DNA from: Octopus sinensis
Taxonomy: Eukaryota
Assembly (NCBI RefSeq): GCF_006345805.1
Contig: NC_043000.1
Span: 114,762,001-114,826,000, forward strand
Direction of reading: 5' to 3'
DNA length: 64,000 nt
In this document: piece after piece, positions 1-10,649 of the stretch
Numbering within the stretch: the first letter of the stretch is position 1
How the letters are laid out: each line of letters starts with the position of its first letter
Translations under genes and position numbers: made by a program
The notes under the pieces: model-generated
What the model was told of the DNA's origin: nothing
What the model saw: only the letters and a program-made list of their open reading frames with translations
Databases searched by the model: none

Positions 1-765
1 GTCTCCAATAAAAACACCCGTCTCTTACGTCTACAAGAACTCAAGGGCACATTAACAAGCAGGGATTACCCCACGTCACTAATTGACAATGGGATCCAAC
101 GCGCCCTAAAACTCAGCACGCAGGAACTTAGACGCCCTAAACCTGTTACATCGAAACCCCATACTCTACCATACATCTCTACACACAACCCCCTCAACAA
201 TGAAGCTTTTGACACCATCCTCCAGAACATTCCTGTATTACAAAAGGACCATAGAATGAACCAAATCCTCCTAACACACGAAATCATAAAGAGCAAAAGG
301 CAACCCAAATCATTGAAAACCATCCTAACAAATGCCAAAGTACTGCAACCACAACAACTAAACCCACAGTAACAAATGCAATAGACCCAACTGTGGTATA
401 TGCATCAACCTAATAGAAGGTCCGGAATTCCTTTTTAAACAAGGACAACGTTTCACAGTAAAACACAACTTCACATGCGCATCAGAAAACCTAGTATATG
501 TCTTAACTTGCTCGGGCTGTAATGAACACTACATAGGCCAAACAAAAAATAGCCTCCGCCAACGCATGACTGTCCACAGATCCCAAATAAAAATACAGGA
601 ATATAGAAAAATAGCATTTAGTGCACATATTGATACCTGTGCCGCACAACTCCATCCCAATTTTAGAATCTTTCCCCTCTACAAATTTAAAGACAATGCC
701 ACTCATACCCAGCGAATAACCATGGAATCCCACCTTATTAATAAATACAGACCACTTCTAAAACA
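1..765 (+). mobile_element. Penelope-like retroelement, 3' coding part (RT C-terminus/linker + GIY-YIG endonuclease), frameshifted, 5' part outside window
   Basis: Frame 1 reads ...RLQELKGTLTSRDYPTSLIDNGI...LPYISTHNP...SKRQPKSLKTILT. After a frameshift near 360-375 it reads KCNRPNCGIC...FTCASENLVYVLTCSGCNEHYIGQTKNSLRQRMTVHRSQI...TMESHLINKYRPLL. This is a Cys-rich linker plus GIY-YIG motifs (LVY...YIGQT, R..H, E). Confidence 0.9.
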
Positions 766-1224
766 TGCCCCTAACACGAACCCACAACAAACACACTTAC
801 ACCTGCACACACCCTACACACACCTTTACCCAGATATTAACACCATGACACACACAAATATATGGTTCCACACATACACATAATTGAATACGGGTGCAAA
901 ACATCCACACTATTTTTTGAAATGGCTGTAAATATTGACTTCACACAAATACGTTGCTTCCCGATACAGGCACAAGGCCAGCAGAACTATAAATATTGAA
1001 AATTGTACCCACACACATACACATATATACACGCGCGCGCGCCCCCAACATACATATAAACACACACACGCGCGCGCGCGCGCACACACATACATACATA
1101 CAGCTCTCCCTGTTCTAAACGAACTTACTTATCCAGTCAAGCGGAAAATACACTCCCTAACTACGCGCTAAAAAGCTATTTAAAATATCCACATGACGTC
1201 TACTGACCAGCCTGAACAATAAGA

Positions 1225-1460
1225 ATTTTCAACAACACTATTTCCGAAAATTCTAAACATTCACGTGACCTCTTTATTATGGCCAATAAGAATTTTAGGC
1301 GGGACACTAGCCAAATTTTAACTTCTCTGGAGCCTTTTTTCTTACCCCAACACCAACTTCCATTCAAACATTCACGTGACCCCTTCATAATGACCAATCA
1401 AAATTTTAGGCGCGAAACCAAGCAAATCCAAAACAACTCTGGAGCCTCTTTTTTTCACAT
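1225..1460. repeat. Degenerate ~114-bp tandem duplication
   Basis: 'aaacattcacgtgacc' at ~1255 and ~1367; 'aattttaggcg' at ~1291 and ~1402; 'ctctggagcct' at ~1325 and ~1437. Confidence 0.6.
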
Positions 1461-1595
1461 AAGAGACAGACTCTAATCTCTCTTTTATATTTTGATAAGC
1501 ATAACAAATGCGCAACCGGTAAAAAGAACTTTCACCTAATTAAATTACTTAAATTACTTCAATTATTTGTCAGCATTTTCTTCATTTCCTTTTTT

Positions 1596-1600
1596 ATATG

Positions 1601-1675
<75 letters not shown>

Positions 1676-1781
1676 TATTATATATTTATATATATATATG
1701 TATATATATTATATGTATATATATATATGTATATATATATATGTATATATATATATATAGTGTATATATATATATATATTG

Positions 1782-1871
<90 letters not shown>

Positions 1872-1945
1872 TGTATATATATATATATATTGTGAATATA
1901 TATAATATATATATATATTATATATATATATATATATGTATATCA
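1596..1945. repeat. (TA)n microsatellite; similar tracts at 3650-3745, 4310-4557, 55920-56000, 58600-58660, 63715-63775
   Basis: Direct inspection. Confidence 0.98.
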
Positions 1946-2104
1946 TCATCATCATCATCAGCATTTAGCATCCGCTTTCCATGCTAGCATGGGTTGGACG
2001 GTTCAACTGGGGTCTGTGAAGCTGGAAGGCTTCGTCAGGCCCAGTCAGATCTGGCAGTATTTCTATGGCTGGATGCCCTTCCTAACGCCAACCACTCCGT
2101 GAGT

Positions 2105-2815
2105 GTAGTGGGTGTTTTTTACGTGCCACCTGCACAGGTGCCAGACAGAGCTGGCAAACGGCCACGAACGGATGGTGCTTTTACGTGTCACCGGTACGGG
2201 GCCAGGCGATGCTGGCAATGGACACGAACGGATGGTGCTTTTACGTGCCACCAACATGGGGCCAGACAGAGCTGGCAAACGGCCATGAATGGACGGTGCT
2301 TTTACGTGTCACCGGCACGGGGCCAGGCGAGGCTGGCAATGGACACGAACGGATGGTGCTTTTACGTGCCACCGACACGGGGCCAGACAGAGCTGGCAAA
2401 CGGCCACGAACGGATGGTGCTTTTACGTGTCACCGGCACGGGGGCCAGGCGAGGCTGGCAATGGACACGAACGGATGGTGCTTTTACGTGCCACCGACAC
2501 GGGGGCCAGACAGAGCTGGCAAAAGGCCACGAATGAGGCTGGCAACGGACACGAACGGATGGTGCTTTTACGTGCCACCGACACGGGGGCCAGACAGAGC
2601 TGGCAAACGGCCATGAACAGATGGTGCTTTTACGTGTCACCGGCACGGGGCCAGGCGAGGCTGGCAACGGACACGAACGGATGGTGCTTTTATGTGCCAC
2701 CGACACGGGGGCCAGACAGAGCTGGAAAACGGCCACGAACGAATGGTGCTTTTACGTATCACCGACACGGGGGCCAGGCGAGGCTAGCAGTGGACACGAA
2801 CAGATGGTTCACTTA
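2105..2815. repeat. Tandem array of ~11 units (~60 bp) alternating two unit types, within the RTE 3' UTR
   Basis: Core ggatggtgcttttacgtg(c/t)cacc at ~60-bp spacing, followed alternately by gccaggcgaggctggcaatggacacgaac and gccagacagagctggcaaacggccacgaac. Confidence 0.95.
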
Positions 2816-2854
2816 ACCACTGCTTTCTGATATATGATTTGATTTTGATTGTTC

Positions 2855-3646
2855 TCACTGGTCTTGCCGGGTCTTCTCACGCACAGCATACTTCCATAGG
2901 TCTCGGTCTCTGGTCATTTCCTTGGTGAGACCTAGAGTTCGAAGGTCGTGCTTTACCACCTTGACCCAGGTTTTCCTGGGTCTACCTCTTCCACAGGTCC
3001 CCTCAACTGCCAGGGTGTGGCACTTTTTCACACACCTATCTTCATCCATTCTCGCCACATGACCATACCAGCGCAATCGTCTCTCTTGCACACAACATCT
3101 GATGCCTCTTAGGTCCAACTTTTCTCTCAAGGTACTTACCCTCTGTCGACTATGAACACTGACATTACATATCCAACGGGGCATACTAGCTTCATTTCTT
3201 GCGAGGTTACGCAAATCCTCAGCAGTCACAGCCCAAGTTTCACTACCATGTAGCATGGCTGTACATACACATGCATCATACAGTCTGCCTTTTACTTTGA
3301 GTGAGAGGCCTTTTGTCACCAGCAGGGGTAAGAGCTCTCTAAACTTTGCCCAGGCTATTCTTACTCTAGCAGTTACACTTTCAGCACACCCGCCCCCGCT
3401 ACTGACTTGGTCACCTAGGTAGCGGAAGCTATCAACTACTTCTAGTTTTTCTCCCTGAAACGTGATAGAAGTTGGTCTCTGCATATTTTCAGAGTTTATT
3501 GCTCCTGAGCATCTGCCACAGATAAAAACTATTTTCCTAGTTAGTCTTTCTTTGACATTACTACATCTCTTATGTGTCCATAGCTTACATTTGGTGCATC
3601 TTATAGAGATTCTACCTACGCCTTTTCTACAGATCAAGCAAGGCCA
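2855..3646 (-). pseudogene. RTE reverse transcriptase C-terminal fragment with PHD-like C4HC3 finger
   Basis: WPCLICRKGVGRISIRCTKCKLWTHKRC...FICGRC precedes FRYLG; the frame is open to the stop at 2855. Confidence 0.85.
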
Positions 3647-3655
3647 TCATATATG

Positions 3656-3745
<90 letters not shown>

Positions 3746-3922
3746 ATAATAAATATTAGGGAATAAATCCAAATTTACAGGGAAAAAATCAGATTTAGGA
3801 TTAAATCCAATTTTATAGTAAAATATTATAAAATATTATTAGAGACAAAACCACTATTTTGCAAAACAAACAAGGAAAGACTTAATCAATACATAAAATT
3901 TTAATAAATAGTCAAAAAACCG

Positions 3923-3965
3923 CCACTACAATCGTTTCTTGTCTTGATCGACAATCTTCAGGTGG
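3923..3965 (-). ncRNA. Mirror copy of the same hammerhead ribozyme
   Basis: Exact reverse complement of 4028-4070 in the left arm of the palindrome. Confidence 0.85.
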
Positions 3966-4027
3966 ACTTCCAGTAAGTCAGTTTCAAATTATGAAAGTTC
4001 ATAATTTGAAACTGACTTACTGGAAGT

Positions 4028-4070
4028 CCACCTGAAGATTGTCGATCAAGACAAGAAACGATTGTAGTGG
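4028..4070 (+). ncRNA. Minimal type I hammerhead ribozyme
   Basis: CCAC-CUGAAGA-UUGUC(gaucaa)GACAA-GAAA-C(gauu)G-UA-GUGG: intact core, stems I and II, GUA cleavage triplet. Confidence 0.85.
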
Positions 4071-4311
4071 CGGTTTTTTTGACTATTTATTAAAATTTTA
4101 TGTATTGATTAAGTCTTTCCTTGTTTGTTTTGCAAAATAGTGGTTTTGTCTCTAATAATATTTTATATGTATATATATATATATATATAGCCGAAATTTG
4201 CTATGATGATTCGGTGTCCGACTGAAGATTGAAGGCTTCGAATGATTTGTCTGTGTTCCGTGTTCGTCCCTTCCTGTATTTCACGTTCATTATATATAAA
4301 AACATTCATTC

Positions 4312-4438
<127 letters not shown>

Positions 4439-4470
4439 ATTATATATATATATATGTGTGTATATATATA

Positions 4471-4502
<32 letters not shown>

Positions 4503-4509
4503 GTGTATG

Positions 4510-4543
<34 letters not shown>

Positions 4544-4561
4544 TATATATATATATAAAGA

Positions 4562-4899
4562 AGGCGCATGGCTCAGTGGTTAGAGCGTCGAGCTTACGAT
4601 CGTGAGGTTGTGAGCTCAAATCCCGGACCGGGCTGCGTGTTGTGTTCTTGAGCAAAGCACTTTATTTCATGTTGCTCCAGTTCACTCAGCTGCAGAAATG
4701 AGTTGCGACGTCACTGGTGCCAAGCTGTATCGACCCTTGTCTTTCCCTTGGATAACACTGGTGGCGTGGAGAGGGGAGGCTGGTATGCATGGGCGACTGC
4801 TGGTCTTCCATAAACAACCTTGCCCGGACTTGTGTCTAGGAGGGTAACTTTCTAGGTGCAATCCCATGGTCATTCATGACCGAAGGGGGTCTTTACCCT
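4562..4899 (+). mobile_element. tRNA-derived SINE; related copies at ~20121-20440 (+) and ~32085-32400 (-)
   Basis: A box tggctcagtgg, B-box-like gagctcaaatcc, conserved body gtgttcttgagcaa.gcactttatttca, tail gggggtctttaccct. Confidence 0.8.
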
Positions 4900-5595
4900 A
4901 AAATTCAAAATGGGACAAAAACGCAAAACATCTAGACAGTTAGGTGATACAAAAATGAGACAACAAAACATCCAGATAGACGATACAAAGAAAATTAGGA
5001 AGGGTCATTCAAAGTTTTCTTTCCTCAGTCAAGTACCAGATTATCTTCACATTTTCGGCTGATTATACTTGAGATTGCTCCAATCTGGCCAGCCCCAAGG
5101 AAAAACTAAGATAAGAGCATTAGATTCCTTGGAAAAAAACAAGGACGGAAAAAAAAAAGGACAATGTTACACAAATACAATAAAATATTATGTATGTATA
5201 TATATATATATACACACATATATATGTATGCATATACATATTCCTACTGCTGGTGTATTGTGAGTAATGAAAAAGAGTTGCATGAACTTAAACATTTAAA
5301 AATAATAGTTACATATGTCGATAAGAGTAATATTAAGTCTATGTAGACACACAGTCACACACATAAATAATGTAGAAAATGTGGAATAAATGTAGAACAG
5401 ATGGCTAATTGGTTGAAAGAAAAAGTGTAATTGTAACATTAAAACATTAAAAACACCCAGTTGACATACTGTTGGCTGGAGTTGAAACTCAACCTAGTTT
5501 TGGAGAAAAATCATGATAGTTTAAGTTGATAAAATTCAGCTAATATAATTTTCAAAAAGACATGTTGTATTATTATTATTATTATTTTCAACATC

Positions 5596-6010
5596 AATGG
5601 AAATTGTAGCTGTGATAACAGTGCTGGTGGCACATAAGAGAACCATCCGAACGTGGCCGTTGCCAGCGCTGCCCCGACTGGCTTCTGTGCCGGTGGCACG
5701 TAAAAAGCACCATCCGATTGTGGCCGTTGCCAGCCTCGCCTGGCCTCCGTACCAGTGGCACGTAAAAAGCACCATCCGATCATGGCCGTTTGCCAGCCTC
5801 GTCTGGTACCTGTGCCGGTGGCACGTAAGATGCACTCACTACACTCATGGAGTGGTTGGCGTTAGGAAGGGCATCCAGCCGTAGAAACATTGCCAGATCA
5901 GACTGGGTCTGGTGCAGCCTTCTGGCTTACCAGACCCCAGTTGCACCGTCCAACCCATGCCAGCATGGAAAGCGGACGCTAAACGACGATGATGATGATG
6001 ATGATGATTA
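5596..6010 (+). mobile_element. RTE 3'-UTR-derived repeat; further copies at ~22855-23125(-), 23640-24185(+), 33640-33990(-), 36678-37200(-), 40370-40567(-), 43395-43700(-), 44595-44888(+), 50150-50525(-), 57740-58290(+)
   Basis: Same gtggcacgtaaaa(a)gcacc units and aggaagggcatccagc...(gat)n tail as 1943-2850. Copies at 23640 and 57740 retain the last RT codons (DLWNML/KYAV). Confidence 0.85.
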
Positions 6011-6139
6011 TTGAGTAAGAGAGCAATGCATGCCATCAAAATGACATTGGAGTAAAATATACGAAGCCCAGTATACCCATCGTGACTACCCATATGATAA
6101 GGGTACACTAGGCACATTATTATTATTATTATTATTATT

Positions 6140-6320
6140 CAGTTGTCTTATTTTTATTGTATGCTTTCACTGCACTACCGAGCACAGATCTGTGTGCCTT
6201 TGATGTGTACTGTGGTTTGTTTTGGTCTTATTTTTACTGTATTGAAAGGGTTTTATGTAAGATGTGTGCTGTCCTGGTTATGCATTTGTCAGAAAGTTTT
6301 TTAATCATACCAAATGCATT
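6140..6320 (-). mobile_element. R4/Dong-like non-LTR element 3' end in (TAA)n
   Basis: Minus strand reads approximately GMIKKLSDKCITRTAHILHKTLSIQ*, like the C-terminus of R4/Dong RLE domains. It has an (AAT)n tail and sits in TAA repeats, the known Dong target. Confidence 0.5.
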
Positions 6321-6377
6321 TATCATTATAGGGATGTTTCTCTTATCGCTATTATTTATTATTATTATTATTATTAT

Positions 6378-6932
6378 TGAGTGAGAGAGCAGTGCATGCA
6401 TTCAAAATGACACTGGGGTACAAATATACGAAGCCTAGTATACCCATCATGACTACCCATCTGATAAGGGTACACCAGGCACATGCATCTCAACCATATG
6501 TGCGCGACATGGTGATCTCATACCAAGATAAACAGCGCATGTATTTGCAGATGTGGCCCAGTAAGAATTTTCTCCTGGCCGAGTAGCCCATCCTGCTCAA
6601 AAGGTCCCTAAATAAGTGTCGTTTAAGGATGTTGAACGAATCACCCATGTTTGCAAAGGTGAATTATCCAAACTTCTAAGAATTCCTCTCAAACACACAG
6701 CTATGACGCTCCCCCACTACTTCTGCTTGTGATCAAAGATGCACATATCGTCAGCCACTAAGGGACATGCTCAACTGGTTATGGTCAAGCAACTGACAAG
6801 CAAATCTGTGGTATTGAGCAGAATATTTGCTCTAGCCCATCGTTTATACCAAGACAAAACAATGTACATGATGACACTTCCAATCAGTTAAGATCAGAAG
6901 CCATGAGAGCCACTGTCTGGTACTGCATTGGG
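6378..6932 (-). mobile_element. (AAT)n-associated interspersed repeat (SINE or non-LTR 3' region); partial copies at 6011-6116, 7240-7430 and inverted at ~7560-7715
   Basis: gagtgagagagcagtgcatgc.atcaaa.tgacactggggt recurs, always abutting (ATT)n. Confidence 0.6.
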
Positions 6933-6937
6933 GCTTA

Positions 6938-6939
<2 letters not shown>

Positions 6940-6975
<36 letters not shown>

Positions 6976-7169
6976 GTTATTATTATTATTATTATTGTTA
7001 TTATTATTATTATTATAATCATTATTATTATTGTTATTATTATAATTATTATTATAATTATTGTTATTATTATTATTATAATTATTATTATTATTATTAT
7101 TATTATATTATTATAATTATTATTATTATAATTATTATTATTATTATTATTATAATTATTATTATTATA

Positions 7170-7240
<71 letters not shown>
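6940..7240. repeat. (ATT)n microsatellite
   Basis: Direct inspection. Confidence 0.98.
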
Positions 7241-7713
7241 GAGTGAGAGAGCAGTAAATGATATCAAAGTGACACTGGGGTGCAAATACATGAAGCCCAA
7301 TAAACCCATCATAACTACCCATCTGATAAGACTACACCAGGTGCAACCATATTCACACAACATAGTGACCTCGTTTCAAGTTAAACAGCTCATGACCTTG
7401 CAGGTGGGGTCCAGTTACAATTTTCTTCAGGTGTCTCCTTAGTCTGCTGGCTGTGGACAGCTGACACTTTACATCATACCCAGCAAAATAAGCTTAGAGT
7501 TTTCATATAATAGTAACAATAATAATAATAACAACAATGATAATAACGATAATAATAGCCCTGATGCAATATCAGGCAGTGCCTCTCATAGCTTTTGATT
7601 TTAACTGATTGGGTGTGTTATCATGTACATTGTTTTGTCTTGGTATAAAAGATGGGCTACTTCATGTATTTTACCCCAATGTCACTTTGATGGCATGCAC
7701 TGCTCTCTCATTC

Positions 7714-7721
<8 letters not shown>

Positions 7722-7764
<43 letters not shown>

Positions 7765-7957
7765 CAAACATAATTTTCGTATGGTTTTTTAGACATTCAC
7801 TAGTACAACACTAAGTACAAAACCAAATATATGGCACCCTAGGCATAACACCAACACGAACTTCCAACTTGTTGTCTCTTGAGGTCTTTGGGTGAGACTT
7901 GGAGCCAACTTGTACAAATGTAAAGCAAAAGTCAAACATAGAATAATAATAATAATA

Positions 7958-8000
<43 letters not shown>

Positions 8001-8475
8001 TAAGATATAACAGGCAGATATATAAAGGGGAGTGGCCATGATCAGTATGCATAAAAGAAATAGATAAGAATTTCATACAGTACACTTAATTTAAACTATG
8101 GAGGAACAAGAAATACAGGTGTCTCACAGACAGATAGACAAGCAGACAGACAGGCCGGCAGGCAGGCAGGCAGACAGATAGAAGTAAGAGTAGTAGATGC
8201 ACAATGAAAGTAGTTTACAGCAAGAGAAAGAATGTAATAAATACTTTCAAATGTTTATTTATGCAGACATGGCTTTGTGGCTAATTTTGTTTTGCGACAC
8301 TGTGGCTTCAGATTCAGTCTCACTGTGTATCGCCCTGGGTAAGTGCCCTCCTGCTGTAGCCCCAGGGTTGCCCAATAACTTGTGAGTGAATTTGGTTGAT
8401 GGAAACTGTGAGGAAAGCCAACATGTATGTACGTATGTATGTATATGTATGTATGCATGTGTATGTGTATATGTG

Positions 8476-8507
<32 letters not shown>

Positions 8508-9119
8508 TGTATGTATGTATGTATGTATGTATGTATGCATATGTGTATGTTTGTATGCATGTATGCATTATGTATTTATGTATGTATATATGTCTGTATG
8601 TATGTATGTAGGTATGTATATGTGGGTATGTTTGTATGTATGTATTTATGTGTATGCATGTATGTATGTATGTATGTATGTATGTCAGGTCACTTATGAG
8701 GCTCTTATAAGTGCTCCTGGTAACATGGAATCCAATACAACCTGTTGCATGGTCGGATTGTTGGCAGCTAAGCCAGCACCCCCACCAGGTTGCCCTGGTG
8801 AGGATGGTTGCTAGAAACCCAGCAAGATTAAAAACAAGACCTGTTGAAAGGTCAGATGAACCTAGTGCAGGCTTAACGGCTATCTAGCAATAGCATGGGT
8901 ACGCAGAAATACCAGGATGGTGTCCGGCGTACTAGAAGACCACTGGGAGTGAGGCATCCCTCAGCTTCTATTGAAGCATGTCTCTAGGAGAAGGTTACTC
9001 TGATATAAAACCAGATATGTAGGGAATGGGATTGGACATTTTGGGGATCTTTGGTTTGTGCAAGAGATCATGCATACTGATCATGGCCACTCCCCTTTAT
9101 ATATCTGCCTGTTATATCT

Positions 9120-9158
<39 letters not shown>

Positions 9159-9334
9159 CAAACATAATTTTCGTATGGTTTTTTAGACATTCACTAGTAC
9201 AACACTAAGTACAAAACCAAATATATGGCACCCTAGGCATAACACCAACACGAACTTCCAACTTGTTGTCTCTTGAGGTCTTTGGGTGAGACTTGGAGCC
9301 AACTTGTACAAATGTAAAGCAAAAGTCAAACATA

Positions 9335-9368
<34 letters not shown>

Positions 9369-10560
9369 TATTATTATTATTATTATTATTATAAGATATA
9401 ACAGGCAGATATATAAAGGGGAGTGGCCATGATCAGTATGCATAAAAGAAATAGATAAGAATTTCATACAGTACACTTAATTTAAACTATGGAGGAACAA
9501 GAAATACAGGTGTCTCACAGACAGATAGACAAGCAGACAGACAGGCCGGCAGGCAGGCAGGCAGACAGATAGAAGTAAGAGTAGTAGATGCACAATGAAA
9601 GTAGTTTACAGCAAGAGAAAGAATGTAATAAATACTTTCAAATGTTTATTTATGCAGACATGGCTTTGTGGCTAATTTTGTTTTGCGACACTGTGGCTTC
9701 AGATTCAGTCTCACTGTGTATCGCCCTGGGTAAGTGCCCTCCTGCTGTAGCCCCAGGGTTGCCCAATAACTTGTGAGTGAATTTGGTTGATGGAAACTGT
9801 GAGGAAAGCCAACATGTATGTACGTATGTATGTATATGTATGTATGCATATGTGTATGTTTGTATGCATGTATGCATTATGTATTTATGTATGTATATAT
9901 GTCTGTATGTATGTATGTATGTATGTATGTAGTATGTATGTATGTATGTATGTATGTATGTATGCATATGTGTATGTTTGTATGCATGTATGCATTATGT
10001 ATTTATGTATGTATATATGTCTGTATGTATGTATGTAGGTATGTATATGTGGGTATGTTTGTATGTATGTATTTATGTGTATGCATGTATGTATGTATGT
10101 ATGTATGTATGTCAGGTCACTTATGAGGCTCTTATAAGTGCTCCTGGTAACATGGAATCCAATACAACCTGTTGCATGGTCGGATTGTTGGCAGCTAAGC
10201 CAGCACCCCCACCAGGTTGCCCTGGTGAGGATGGTTGCTAGAAACCCAGCAAGATTAAAAACAAGACCTGTTGAAAGGTCAGATGAACCTAGTGCAGGCT
10301 TAACGGCTATCTAGCAATAGCATGGGTACGCAGAAATACCAGGATGGTGTCCGGCGTACTAGAAGACCACTGGGAGTGAGGCATCCCTCAGCTTCTATTG
10401 AAGCATGTCTCTAGGAGAAGGTTACTCTGATATAAAACCAGATATGTAGGGAATGGGATTGGACATTTTGGGGATCTTTGGTTTGTGCAAGAGATCATGC
10501 ATACTGATCATGGCCACTCCCCTTTATATATCTGCCTGTTATATCTTATAATAATAATAA
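7722..10560. repeat. Tandem duplication of a ~1.4-kb unit (two copies) plus a third partial copy at 10561-11037
   Basis: 7762... equals 9156...; the ORF track shows duplicated ORFs (8197/9588, 7789/9183); copies differ mainly in microsatellite length. Confidence 0.95.
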
Positions 10561-10649
10561 TATATGTCTGTATGTATGTATGTAGGTATGTATATGTGGG
10601 TATGTTTGTATGTATGTATTTATGTGTATGCATGTATGTATGTATGTAT

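Larger units (their letters stand above)
1943..3650 (-). mobile_element. 5'-truncated RTE-clade LINE: RT C-terminus, 3' UTR with tandem array, (GAT)n tail
   Basis: ORF 3637..2855 has LEVVDSFRYLGDQVSSGGG...RVRIAWAKFREL...LHGSETW...RRLRWYGHVARM...GRGRPRKTW, typical of RTE RT thumb and C-terminus. The 3' UTR ends ...aggaagggcatccagcc...catggaaagcgg..aaa(tga)n. Confidence 0.9.
3827..4167. repeat. Near-perfect palindrome (arms ~169 bp, 2-nt spacer), likely an inverted Penelope-like pseudo-LTR
   Basis: Arms 3827-3995 and 3998-4167 are reverse complements; the only difference I found is A6 versus T7. Confidence 0.95.

Noticed and set aside
2105-2815. CRISPR-like repeat/spacer array
   Set aside because: The linkers are only two alternating types, the array is inside a LINE 3' UTR, the context is eukaryotic, and no cas genes are present
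4562-4635. tRNA genes at SINE heads (also 20605, 21216, 44957)
   Set aside because: A and B boxes are present but there is no complete cloverleaf, and each continues into a SINE body
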